Origin: Lingula anatina
Lineage: Eukaryota > Animalia > Brachiopoda
Length of the DNA: 64,000 nucleotides
Direction: 5' to 3'
NCBI GenBank assembly: GCA_051362555.1
Contig: CM120641.1
Location: forward strand, 7,936,001 to 8,000,000
A program made the translations under genes and the position numbers. The first letter of the stretch is position 1. Each line of letters starts with the position of its first letter. Below, piece after piece: positions 36,673 to 48,816 of this stretch. The notes beneath the pieces were generated by a model. That model worked only from the letters and a program-made list of their open reading frames with translations. It did not search any database and had not been told where the DNA came from.

Positions 36673-37869
36673 CCTGTTGGTTTTATATTGTACAGATCTG
36701 GATAAAAAGAATGAAAATGAATGGTATGCATGGGTGCTTTCATTTGTTTATCGTTATCCTAAAAAACTATTTAATACTTACATATACATGCTCCTAATTC
36801 AACCAATACCCGTAAAGTGGACAGAAGTTTTCTCAATTTTTTTACTGGCAAAAAACTGAGGCATACGGAAGAGGTAAACTGGAGCTGGAGGTCTGGGCCG
36901 GTGTCACATGTACAATCCGTTCTGCGTGAACCATCGGTCCTGACCGATTGTACATGCAGCAGACGCGTGTATGAACCGTTCCGTGAATGATCCATTGTTA
37001 TTCACCTGTGCATTAACGTAGCTTGATCGTTTCCCACCTCATTATATATTTACTATAGTTGGGATATTTCTAGGTAAAATTCATGTGTTAATACAGAAAT
37101 TTTAATTGATAATTTTGATAGAGAATTAGCGTCAAATTACTGTTCGACACTTGGATGAAACTACCATGGACGGGCCATCGTTATTCAGCTGTTGGCCTAG
37201 TACTACATGTATTATTGTATTGATTTTACTTGGCTAGTGTGTTGATATGGCCACCTGAGAGAGTACAGGTGAACATCTATAAGATATTAATATTTCTAAA
37301 GATTATGTTTGAATTTGCAGTATGTTCTCAACAGTGTATATTTATTTAAGTCGATAGAGACGGACTGTACACGCCGGAAGTCTCTCAGATTTGCCTGCAC
37401 TTTGTGAGCTTGAGCAGAACGGATGGTACATGCTCCGAACGATTCATGCCACACCGGACGAAAACGTATCAACAAAACGGTGAACCGAAACAAATCTGAT
37501 GATGTATGAGAATAGACAAGTGTCTCGTCTGCCTCATCTACAGCTAATCACTACTTGCACTACCATAGCAAGGAAAGACCAAAAAGTAGGGGATACACTT
37601 GCCTCAATTATCGGTCTTACACATGCTACGGCAAGTACCTAGCATGCAACTAGGTCGAAAACTGAGGCAAGCCGCAACGGACTATCCGATATACATGTAC
37701 ATGTACGTGTACACAATTTGTTATCCAACCAGTAGGGCAGTTATTACTGAATTACAATACTTGTAGCGACAAATGTTTGTCATTTATACAATACATTAAA
37801 GATGTATAATCAAAGATGGTAAACATGTCTCAAAAACTCGAAAACCACAATCAAGTTAACTTGTTTACC

Positions 37870-37983
37870 TCACCAAGATTGCACGTGTATTTTTCCCGCA
37901 TTTGCTAATTTATACCTTTCTATGCAAAAGAGCTCTTCTCGAGAATGCGCAGTAACGTGGCCATTGACTTCCGGTCTGTGACA
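37870..37983. promoter_or_regulatory. Probable bidirectional promoter NUDT1/GPS1
   Basis: Minus-strand donor (gag|gtaaac) near 37869 about 115 nt from the GPS1 ATG; ACTTCCGG ETS-like motif 37967-37974, TTCTCGAGAA palindrome, CpG enrichment. Confidence 0.5.
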
Positions 37984-40802
37984 ATGCCGCTTGCTGCAGT
38001 TCAACAGGCGATTTTCCAGGTATTTCTCTTTAAAACAGTTTAAAATGAAAATATATAATTTCAGTAATAATTCTTAACTTGATCAACGACTGCAAATTGT
38101 ATTATTTTGGGTAATTTTCTGGCGATTGCATGTTGTTTTACTTCTACATCATGTCTTGTCATTCTCTTTGATCTTTCAGTCCACACGCCTTTTCCTGATA
38201 TTATTAATGCTGTAGGCTTGAAATATGGTTCACAGATAGTCACAGTTTGAATAGACTATCATAGTTTTGAGTTATCCCATTTAGATCAAAAGGCATTCAG
38301 TCAGTGACACCATGTTTGCCGGTCTTTAAAACGTCGTTTGCAGAAATGAGGGGAAAAAGTTGCCTAACTTGATTTTCAGTCCCTAAATATTGTTACAGAT
38401 ACTTGAAATTTGTTACACAATAAGTATAGGAACTGGGCATTTATATTGAATGTTTATACAACTGAAATGCTAGTCTTCGCTCTTTTGCATAATATCTATT
38501 TTAAGTCTTGGTGCCCATTCCTGACTTCATAAATTCAATTTAAAATGTGCCCTTCAAATCTTTCACTCTAGACCTTTTCTAGATTGTTAATACATTGCCT
38601 ACAAGGAAGTGCCAGCTGATCTTAGTTTTGTTTTCATGTATGTCAATTTGTTACGCAGTAGTTGGGAAGCAGTATGCAGTATAAAAATGGACATAATCTG
38701 ATACTAATTGGACACTTTTTATTGTACTTTGCAAAAATGAACTATTAGTGCCACCTTCAAAGTCTAGTTGCTACTATGTGTTTGACAATAATGATAAGCT
38801 GCTGGTTTGAATTTGTTAAAAATTAACATCACACGACATCAAGAGTTTTTTATTTAAAAATTTACTTTCAGCAGGCTGCTTCCATTGAGCCTATGCAGGT
38901 AGATGCTCCAGAGGAAAATGAAAACATTGAAGAAGAGCAGCCGTATGTGGTTGAGAACACCACCCTTGTAAGTGAAATTATTTATTATCATACATATTGA
39001 AATGGTTTCTATGTTCTTCGATATAGATGTTAATTAACACCAGTGTGAGAGGAGAATCGCATGGAACAACTCCAAGAAGAACTTAACTACAACAACTAAC
39101 TTTATTTCTAAGTGTGCTGAAATATATACAATGTGTGTCTGCTGGGAAGTGATCAGAAGGATCACTGCTGTCAAGCTTGTTAACACTACACTAGTGATAG
39201 TGCTTTTTAATGGACAACTGATGGCAGAGGGTTGGGGTCACTAGAAGCTTGACCGATAGTGATTGTCTGTAACCCTAGTTACTGAAAGCTGCAATATTCA
39301 TCATTAGGAACCATAACACATATGTCATGTTATTTTTGGTTCATCTGCCAAAATAGGTCTGGTGATTAACAAGAATGAAAAGAAGAAAATTTTAAGTTTG
39401 TTCACCAATGTTTCATTTCAAAATACATTTAGATAGTATATACGAATCAATAAATAACTGCAGTGAGGTAGTAGAAAAGGATTGGAGGCACGAATATCAA
39501 ATTGTTACGCTTGACAAATAAGAGGCTGAGGGTTTGTGTGAATAGTCCATTCCACATTGAAAATAAGTTTAATTCTACTTGGAGAATTATCAGTAGAATA
39601 TGCATCCGAGGCATAATTATTTTGGCAACATGTACAGTATATATATATTTAGGTGGAACATATGTAATGGTAGCAGCATTCATATTCATGTTTTCTGGCA
39701 TTAACTTTCCATGAAAACCTTCATGGGAGGCTAGATGTATGCAAGGATTTGGCCAATTAATTATTATCCAAGTAATATTGTGATGATGAGGGAACAGATT
39801 ATCCCAAATTGAATTTCAATATGTGGCAAAATTCATAGATTTTTCAAAGAGGTGCAGTTCATGAATGTTAGTCATGAGCAGAAAATTGATATCATTTTCA
39901 CCTAGAACTTTATCTATAGCTTTCAGAGTCAAGCACAGTGGTAGGTATAAAAACATAAGTTGGACTGCTTGATGCTGTAGCAGTAGATAAAATATGTAAC
40001 CTTACAGAGGAATGTTTAATGTTGAATATATCTTTGTAAATCTGTTAGCCAGATGAAGAATGGAAATGTCATCATGGATAGAACATGTATCTTTGCTTAT
40101 CCTTTCTTGTAGTTTAAAGTGTTTATAAAAGAGTTAGGTACCCAGCAAATAAATGTTGTTGTATGCCATTGCCATTTTGTCTGTAATTATTATTTTTATT
40201 ATGAAATAACTTGTAATCATATATTTCAGCATAAAGATGACCACTGATATCTTACCCTGTATTCCAGGACTTGGACACCTATGCAGCGAGTTACACTGGA
40301 CTTGCCAAACTTAACCGTCTGATATATGTAGCTGACCACTGCCCACCACTACGTGTAGAGGCCCTCCGCATGGGACTGCAGTATGTGATGACAACATACA
40401 ACACTAACATGTATCAACAGATTCACAGAAAGTTACAGGAGGCATTGGCTGGGTGAGTGGCTCTAAAATGCATCTTCTTTGCTTTTCTGTAGTGGCCCCA
40501 AATGATTAGAGTTTCTAGCCCTGTGCTCTTGGCGTTATATGAAGAAGAATATGATTACAGTTATTGTGGCACAGATTAAATTATTTTTCTGTGCTTTTAG
40601 TGTCCTAGGCAAACATTGCAATTGCAACCCCAATATTTAAGACATTTTATGCAAATCATTTCGTAAACTTTCTAAGACAATAATCAGAATATAGTGCTTA
40701 TGTTGACAGGCTGTGTAAATGCATATTATGACAGACATTATATTGCCAATTCCCCCTTTTTACTTTTCTGAGATAATTTCTTTTTCTGTGCCATCAATAT
40801 GG

Positions 40803-40886
<84 letters not shown>

Positions 40887-43800
40887 CATATAATAACCTG
40901 AGAATACTTTTGTGGGCAACATAAAATGAATCAATTTTGAGCAAATAACATAGGCAGTTTATTGTCTATTTATAGTGTTCAAGGTCTCCCAGATGCAGTG
41001 GCTAGTGCTGCCCAGTGTCCAGCTTTAGACACCCAGTGGATAGAGACCACAACCAAAAAGGCAGCTTTGAAGCTAGAAAAATTAGATACAGATTTGAAAA
41101 ATTATAAAAGTAATTCAATTAAAGAAAGTATAAGGTAGGTGAAGTTACCAACTTGATATAAATTTGAAACAGTATGGTTTAGGAATATTCCAACCATTAA
41201 AAATCTCTGCCACTCAAAGGACCTATAATAATTATTGATAATAGTTAGATATTTTCCATCCCAAACACAATCTTATTTTGTGTTCACATATGTTTCTTGT
41301 ACTGAATGCCTATCACTGCTGTTTTTCCTAAGGTAGGATTTCCACTGGCTGTTGTTGAAGTTATAATTACAAGTGGAAGTCTAGATAACTCTTTTGTTTA
41401 TGTATAGCATGAAAAAATACTGCTTCTGTAAATAAACTTTTATTTTAAAATTCACAGTACGGACTGTTAACCTTGTTTTTACAGACGAGGTCATGATGAC
41501 CTAGGTGATCACTACCTGGACATGGGAGACCTCAGTAATGCACTCAAATGCTATTCTCGGGCAAGAGACTACTGTACCAGTGCACGACATGTGGTCAACA
41601 TGTGTCTTAATGTTATCAAGGTATGGGGTCACATGTTCAAGAACTTATTATTTGAGTCTCCCTCCCCCCCCCCCACTTTTTTTGCCATATCTGGACAACT
41701 GAATGTTAGCATAGATGACTTAAGTTAGAATACCATTAATATTTAGTCTCACTCTCATAAAGATTCCCTGATGTTCCACTCACAGGAATATAGTTTTTCA
41801 CTGATTTGTCAAGTTATGCTTGAGTCACTATATAAAATATTTGGAATGTATTTATGGAGTTATATGAGACTGAACGTACCCAATATAGCTTATTAGTGTA
41901 TTTTATCATGCATACTTATTTTTGAGTGATTTTGATACTCTTTTTATGTACAGACACAAATGTGTCTGTACATATAGCCGTCATCTGCGTCTGTCGTTGC
42001 CGTCGTCGCCGTCGCCGTGCACTTTTACCGATAACACGATAAGTGGAAAACTGTTTTTTCTTTTTGTTTGAAACTTACAGAACTGATGAATATTCATAAT
42101 ACGCAGGTCACGTTCGAAAATCAGCATGATCGGGTCACTTATAGGGAATTTATGCTGTTTTTTCACTTTTTTCAGCATATATGCAGCACCGATAACACAA
42201 TAAGTGGAAAACCATTTTACCTTTTGGCTTGAAACTTACAGAACTGATGAATATTCATAATACGCAGGTCACGTTCGAAAATCAGCATGATCGGGTCACT
42301 TATAGGGAATTTATGCTATTTTTTCTCTATTTTCAGCATAAATACAGCACCGATAACACGATAAGTGGAAAAGCATTTTACCTTTTGGCTTGAAACTTAC
42401 AGAACTGATGAATATTCATAATACGCAGGTCAAGTTCGAAAATCAGCACGATCGGGTCACTTATAGGGAATTTATGCTGTTTTTTCACTTTTTTCAGTAT
42501 ATATGCAACACTGATAACACAATATAAGAAAGACAGATTGGCCAATTGTCATTATACTCACAGGAGGGGCCAATCTTACTAAAACGCAGGTTGAGTTTGA
42601 AAATCAGCATAATCAGTCCATTATTTTAGAAGTTATGCTGTTTTTTCACATTTCCTTACATTCAATTCTTAGGCATGTTAACAGTCTCATTATTGAACTA
42701 ATAAGATACATAAAAGTGTTTGTTTGACATTTCCTGCATCTTTACAACATTGTTAGTTGATTTTGTAAAAATGATGGTAAACTTGTTATCATGTATTGTG
42801 TAATAAAGTGTCAAAAATGGAAATAAACTCATATCATTGCAGTTTGTCAGATGCATTCATCCACTATGTTCAGAATCTCAGAATGGAGGAAGTTGGACAT
42901 TTAACACTGTTCTATTGATACTTTTCCCATCTCATCAATTTTCTTAGTTGGTCATATAAAAATGGCAGTAAACTGTTTATTTTGTTTTATGTTAAAAAAG
43001 TGTTAAAAAGGGAAATAAACCCATTTCAGAACAGTGCTGTCTTGTTTACATTTTGGCATTTTCATGATGTGACTTTGAAGTTCCATGGGCCTGAAGACTT
43101 TTGCTTGTTACATTTTCTGAATAACCATGATACTAATATTTTATAATTAAAAATTGATGGTCATTATGCTGTAAAACATTATGTAATATTGCATCAAAAT
43201 TTGAAGAAACCCCTATTTTGGGCACTGCTCCCATGATGACCATTTAAGGAAAATCATGTCACTTACTGTTCTCACACTTACAGGAAAGAAACATGGGACT
43301 AAAATACAGCTTCAGTAGGCAATGCAGTCTGTTTGGTAAATTTTTCTGGCAATTAAACAGTTTTTTGTGAAAATTTAATTTTTCACATATTGGCATTTCC
43401 AAGGTGTGACTTAAAACCTCCACGGGCTTGAAGACTCATGCTAGTCACATTTTGTGAAAATCCATGACACTTATATTTTATTATTAAAAATCGATGGTCA
43501 TTATGCTGTTAAGCATTATGTAATGTTGCATCAAAATAAAAGAAAACACAATTTTTGGTGCTGCTGCCTTGATGACCATTATGGGAAAACCGTGTTACTT
43601 ATGACTGTCAAACTTTCAAAAAAGAAACACAGGACTAAAATGCAGCCTGAGTTAGAAAAGCAGTCTAATTGGCTTCTTTTTCTGGAAGTTATACATTTTA
43701 GTGTAATATTCATTATCTTTTTGGCATATTCATTGTGGGACTCGGAGCTCCCAAGGACATGAAGCCAAATGGTAATCATATTTTCTACATGTCCATCCTA

Positions 43801-43917
43801 TTTATAGTCAATAAACAAAAATTGGTGATAATTGTTCTCTAATTTATTATGTAATGTTACATCAAAATTGACAACAATCTTTTTGCGCTGCTACTGCAAA
43901 CTTTTAATCTTCCAGTT

Positions 43918-43981
<64 letters not shown>

Positions 43982-46900
43982 AACTGGAAGATTAAAAGTT
44001 TGAATAGCATCTTCATTGGAATTATATTTACCTCAAGCTCTGCCAAGAGGGTTATATTTTCACCCCTGTTTGTCTGTCATCCACATAACACAAAAAGTTA
44101 TGGACCGATTTTGCAGAAATTTTCAGGAACTGTCGGAACTGGGCCAAAGAGGACAATGATTAATTTTTGGTGGTGGTCCGCATCAATAATCAATCAATTA
44201 TCAATAATAATCAACAATTGCTGCCTTGGCAGAGGTCTGCACTCTCAAAGTGCTTTTCAAGTTTTGTTGTTTTCCTTTATTATTTTTTCTCAAACACTTG
44301 CATTTGTGACTTTTAACTCTCATCTGCCTGGGGCTCTGCACATTTTCTGTATTTCTACATAAGTTGTATTGTTTTTTATGTCTTTAAACATTATGTAATA
44401 TTATTTTATGCACTGTCATCATTTTTCAAATATTGAGACTTTCATAATGTGAATTTGAACTCTCATGGTCCTGAAACTGTAATCTTATTGTAGGGGTGGA
44501 TTGAGACCATCTTCTGGGTCTGCCGGAAGACAGTCAGATTATTAAGTTTATATTGACTGGTATCTATTTTTTTCTGTTGGAAGACCATCAAAATGGAGGA
44601 TGGATCAACATAGATACTTTGTAATACTGTCAGAAATTATCTCTGGGTCTGCTCCTGTTATTGACCATGTTACCTGTTGTGCAAGATTAAAATTCAGTGT
44701 TGACTGACAGTGCTATTATAAGCATTATTTATTATTGCATCAATAATGACAAAATGACCTTTTTTGCATCTTTATTTTCTGTTTCTTGTCTGTACATTTG
44801 ACAGCTTTGCTGCCTTGTTTTCATATTTAAATGCATTTCATTAGTTAGCTGTGTCATATGACTGCATGTATTTCTAGGTCAGCGTGTACCTACAAAACTG
44901 GTCCCATGTGTTAAGCTATGTAAATAAAGCAGAGGCCACTCCCGAGGTAACAGAGGTAAGTAATATCAAGGCTAACTGTGGCACTGTTTTATTCTTTTTA
45001 TTTTTCTTTAGGCACTCATCTTTAAGAGTCAAGTAAATTTTTATGTCAAAGGGAGAAATGCATATGAAATAAGTATATATGTCTAAAATGAAATTCTTTA
45101 CCAATATTCAACTTCTTATTATTAGCCTGTGACAAATAATCTTGTATATGAATGAATGGTCCATGATGCATGACTTTGAGGTCTGTCTAACTGTTTATAT
45201 TAGGAAATTCTTTTTTATCATGTTTAAACACAGTAGTGCTTATAAATATTAAGAAATATATTCCTATTGCTATTAACTTACATTTTTCATTGTCAGACCC
45301 AAAGTAAAGATGGAGGCTGGGTGGTGATCACTAAACTGAAATGTGCAGCAGGACTGGCAGAACTGGCCACTAAAAAATATAAATCTGCTGCCAAGTACTT
45401 CCTTCAGGCCAGCTTTGACCATTGTGATTTTCCTGAGGTAAAGTGTTTATTTGATAGAAAGGTCTATGTTGTCATGGTTTATGTTCTGATTAATAATCTC
45501 AGATATTCCTGTTGAATTAAATATTTTGTTTAGATAAATATCAAATTGGAAAAATTGACTTTGTATTATTAAAAACATTGATTTATTGTGAACAAGATCT
45601 TTTCAAATGATACATTTTTCTTTTTCTCTCATTTTCCTTAAAAATCACTGCTTTTTATCACTCAGCTGGCCTCTGTAAATGGAAAAAAAGTAGCTGTTTC
45701 TGTGTATGTCATTAGCTGATGGATATTTTGTTCTTTGACTTTCAGCTCATCTCTGCCAGCAATGTTGCAACATATGGGGCACTGTGTGCCTTGGCTTCCT
45801 TTGATAGACAGGAGTTGCAAAAACATGTCATGGCCAGCAGGTAAATTTGATGAGTTTTGGAGTCAAGTCTGTGTCTTTAAGAATTATTCAAGCAATTGTT
45901 TTATGTTTTACGGTATTTATTTGTGGTATAAATGCTATGCACATGTTTTATTTTTGGAAGCTTTTGATAATGCCATAATTATTATTACAAATTGCTTTTC
46001 AGTTCCTTCAAACTGTTCTTAGAGTTAGAACCTCAGCTCAGAGATATTATTTACAAGTTTTATGAGTCAAAGTATGCATCTTGTCTAAAACTTTTGGGAG
46101 AAATTAGGGTAAGTAAAGACTTCTTCACTAAGATAATAGAAAATTTAATTCTTATACTGGATCTTATGTTGAAATACAGATCACAATGTTTCAATGATAC
46201 GACTGTTTTCATCAAAAAGGATGATTATAAGGATATTTTTGCTTTGATAACTTTTTGATTTAAAATAAATTAATGAAACTATGAAGGATGTATATTATAT
46301 TTATTGAAATAAAATTGTTTATAGAATTAAAGGAATATATGAAGAGATATGTGTAATCTCTGAAATGTTTTAAATACATTTAAGTTGATATATCCAAAAT
46401 GGGCATTTCTTTTACCAGTTATCAACTTATCATTCTTTTGGTTATTTGTGGTTTTGCCATTGTTTATCATATCTGTAAATTACATCTGTGGTTGTATCTT
46501 CCATTACAGGAAAACTTACTGTTAGATCTGTATATTGCTCCACATGTTAATACGCTGTATACACAAATTAGAAACAGAGCACTATGCCAGGTAAGGATTG
46601 ATATTCTATTTCCATGTTTTTATTTTGATAGCTTCATTATGTATAGTTGCATGCGAATTAAAATAGTTGATGCTTACATATTTCCACCCTCAGATATTGG
46701 AATATTTGTTGTAGGTAAGATCTTTGTTGATGTATCATTACAGCTAGTCCAATGGGGGTTGGAAATTGACTTTTTTTGACTTTGGAAGGATCCCAACTTT
46801 TTTGGGGGGAGGGGGGGGGATCCAATGCATTTATGGATATACATTACATTTGCTCCAAGAAAAGAAAAAAAAATTATGATGACTTTGTAATTGTTTTGTG

Positions 46901-48655
46901 AAATGGTAATTATAGATTGCATTTTATTTAGTATTTCAGTCCATACATGTCTGCAGATATGGGAAAGATGGCAGAAGCCTTCAACACCACAGTGAATGCT
47001 TTGGAGGATGAACTGATGCAACTGATTCTGGATGGCCAGATCAATGCACGCATTGATTCTCATAAAATGGTTAGATATCTGAAGTTACAAATGTTTACTG
47101 TGCAAATGTAAAGAAAGGGAAAAACTATAGCATATATGTCATCTAATATATAAAGTTTTTTTTTTATTTATTGCCTTTTTGTTAATTTTGGGCATTCATT
47201 GCAAGGGATGTTTATTTTATTAAGGATATATTATGTGCTCTAAGGTTGCATGCAGAACAGCAGACTAACTAGTCCACAGATCAAATGTTGCTACCCACTT
47301 AAAATATTGCTGTCTAATCCCCTAATAGAGACCGAATAGATTCCACACGGGATTACGCAAATAGCATTCCAGTGGGTTGGCCACATTTGAACTGCAGACT
47401 AGTAAGTCTGCTGTTGTGAATGCGATCTAAGAAATATTTCTATGAATATGATATATACTGATAATTTTTCAAGGTACTTTATGCAAAGGATATTGACCAA
47501 AGGAGCTCAACCTTTGACAAAGCATTACAAAAGGGAAAAGATTATCAAAGGAGGACAAAGGTATAGAACTTTTGACATGGAATTCCCCAAGGCCGCATTC
47601 AAAACAGATGATATGGGACTAACATATCTGCAAATCAAATATGGCTGACCCACTTAAAAGTGATGCTGCTTAATCCCCTTATGGTCTCCCTGACTCCTTA
47701 CGGCATCCTTGCAAGGGCCTAGCAATTTAACCTTGGAGCCAAGATTTAATCCATTTAATTGCTAGGCCCCAGCAGGCCTTGTGCATGTAATAGGCAGGAA
47801 GACCACCAGGGGATTATACAGCATCGTTTTCAAGTTGGGGCAGCCATATTTGATCCGTAAGATCAGTAAGTTGGCAGATCATCTGTTCTGAATCCAGCCT
47901 ATGTATGGGCACACCTTTTTTGATGAACTGTTTTTTGTTGCAGGGCTTTTCATATTGCAATTTTTTTTGTCAAAGTTATATTGAATTTGTTTTATTTTTG
48001 GCACAAAAATAATTTGGAATTTACTTTCTTTTTAAATTATCATTGTATGTAGTAAAGTAGTCTGCAGGCCTGGAAAGCAAGCTTCAATAGGATGATGTAC
48101 AATTTCTTTCCCCTACTCTATGACCCCCATTCACACTTATTTTTTCTGACTTTTAATAATAACTTCACTTTGATATTCGAATTTTAAAATATAGTATGCT
48201 TAATATTGCTGCATCAGTTACAAAAAAATGTGCTAATACACTGCTTCATTTGATATAATGTTTGTCTTGATGGTCCAGAAAGCTGTTTAAATATTTTTTC
48301 TTCCAGGCACTTATCTTGAGATCAGCTATGTTAAAAAATCAAATTCATGTTAAGGTGGGTACATATAGTATAAGTTGATGATTGATTAAAAAGACTTTAA
48401 GTTATACTTTTTAAAAGAAAATGGAAATTAGAAATAAAAAAGCATAAAACTTTTAAGAAATTCTAAACTAGTCATGTTTATATTGCTCATAGTATGCAAG
48501 AATTTTGTCTTAAAAATGACTGGTATTTTTTATTTAGCGTGATAAATTAAGACATTAATTACATGATTAAAATTATTTTCTAGAGTCCTCCCAGGGACAG
48601 TGGTCAAGGAGGTGAAATGTCCATTGCTCCTGGCAGCACAGGTGCTAGGAACTGA
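37984..48655 (+). CDS. GPS1: COP9 signalosome subunit 1, 14 coding exons (first 37984-38019, last 48584-48655)
   Basis: [18 protein letters not shown]...[55 protein letters not shown]...[16 protein letters not shown]...[17 protein letters not shown]...[14 protein letters not shown] (PCI domain)...[10 protein letters not shown]. Confidence 0.96.
40809..40883. repeat. (TA)n microsatellite in a GPS1 intron
   Basis: direct reading. Confidence 0.95.
43897..44002. repeat. Perfect 106-bp palindrome centred on (TA)n
   Basis: caaacttttaatcttccagtttga-(ta)n-tcaaactggaagattaaaagtttg. Confidence 0.9.
44027..44263 (+). mobile_element. Short Helentron-type element nested in the family B copy
   Basis: 5' ctctgccaag..ggttat, tgtttgtctgtc microsatellite, 3' cttggcagag (inverted) then hairpin gcactctcaaagtgc and T-rich end. 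Confidence 0.6.
47244..47427. mobile_element. MITE with TAA target-site duplication (PIF/Harbinger-type)
   Basis: taa-ggttgcatgcagaacagcagact...agtctgctgttgtgaatgcgatc-taa. Confidence 0.65.
47591..47899. mobile_element. Related foldback MITE downstream of GPS1 exon 47474-47560
   Basis: ggccgcattcaaaacagatgat / atcatctgttctgaatccagcc; gggcctagcaattt / aattgctaggccc. Confidence 0.65.
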
Positions 48656-48816
48656 GTGACCAGGACTGTATACTAATTCAGCTTTAATAGCTTTGAAAAT
48701 ATAGACTACAATATGTAGCATATCAACACTGAGATAGCTACATGGCAGAGTCATGTTAATAGTTGAAACACTTGAACATACGTGCTTCAGCAAGTTCCAT
48801 GTTTTAAGAATGCTAT

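Larger units (their letters stand above)
41941..44820 (+). mobile_element. Non-autonomous Helentron-type (HINE-like) element, family B, in GPS1 intron 5
   Basis: T-run, then subterminal IR atgtacagaca...tgtctgtacat, (GTC/GCC)n microsatellite, 161-bp tandem units (starts 42029, 42190, 42351), 3' tgtctgtacat plus hairpin gacagctttgctgcc; second copy at 52764-55613. Confidence 0.75.

Noticed and set aside
42080-42450. CTGATGA...CGAAA inside each 161-bp tandem unit
   Set aside because: No independent stem II or stem I can be formed; better explained as the element's core repeat
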